A stretch of DNA of 64,000 nt, from the NCBI GenBank assembly GCA_965214655.1, contig OZ243965.1:1669716-1733715 (forward strand), given 5' to 3'. This DNA is from Bryobacterales bacterium. GTDB taxonomy: Bacteria > Acidobacteriota > Terriglobia > Bryobacterales > UBA6623. The notes below the pieces were generated by a model. It was given only the letters and a program-made list of their open reading frames with translations. It ran no database searches and was not told the origin of the DNA. A program made the translations under genes and the position numbers. This document shows, piece by piece, positions 63,971 to 64,000 of the stretch. The number at the start of each line of letters is the position of its first letter. Within the stretch, counting starts at the first letter, position 1.

Positions 63971-64000
63971 GATCTCGCCCGTGACGCCCGCCCGGGCAGC

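Overview
High-GC bacterial chromosomal window, roughly mid-60s % G+C by eye, with about 55 protein-coding genes. I saw no rRNA, tRNA or CRISPR array. The many PSCyt/DUF1549-DUF1553, DUF1501, sulfatase and secreted-protein genes suggest an Acidobacteriota- or Planctomycetota-like organism; this is inference only.

Layout:
- 0.2-5.1 kb: a small AT-rich secreted-protein gene, PBP1A and proS.
- 5.4-7.1 kb: a complete but decayed IS1380-family insertion sequence, with 18-bp perfect inverted repeats and a 5-bp target duplication. It sits directly upstream of an orphan DPPY DNA methyltransferase.
- 8-13.6 kb: GH29 fucosidase, a three-subunit xanthine-dehydrogenase-family molybdoenzyme and Mn-SOD.
- 13.6-22 kb: FAD oxidoreductase, MscS, two paralogous unknown proteins, a deiodinase-like thioredoxin-fold gene with an in-frame TGA (predicted selenocysteine), ndk-sucD-sucC, trpD and one hypothetical gene.
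- 22-32.4 kb: an all-secreted locus with a beta-propeller, two tandem double-Cache paralogues, a sulfatase, DUF1549/1553, DUF1501 and a PPC-repeat protein.
- 32.4-48.3 kb: mostly housekeeping genes (xerD, trxB, a PRTase, a divergent Nramp-like transporter, an M16 peptidase pair, a PSCyt/LamG giant, ispDF, PIN-TRAM and two sugar-phosphate isomerases).
- 48.4-64 kb: two convergent glycan-biosynthesis operons. They hold five intact GT2/GT4 genes plus a truncated GT4 remnant, a split GT-C, a SAM methyltransferase, an SGNH protein, a TupA-type ATP-grasp and a sulfotransferase. They also carry a tandem GT2 duplication and a 32-bp perfect palindrome.

Most noteworthy:
- the TGA-interrupted deiodinase-like gene, which has a SECIS-like hairpin 11 nt downstream of the TGA;
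- the IS/methyltransferase junction;
- the putative sulfated-polysaccharide cluster;
- the DUF1549/1553-DUF1501-PPC module of unknown function.

I did not recognise a clearly new multi-gene system such as a defence island. Many long ORFs in the track are antisense or out-of-frame shadows typical of high-GC DNA, and I rejected them.
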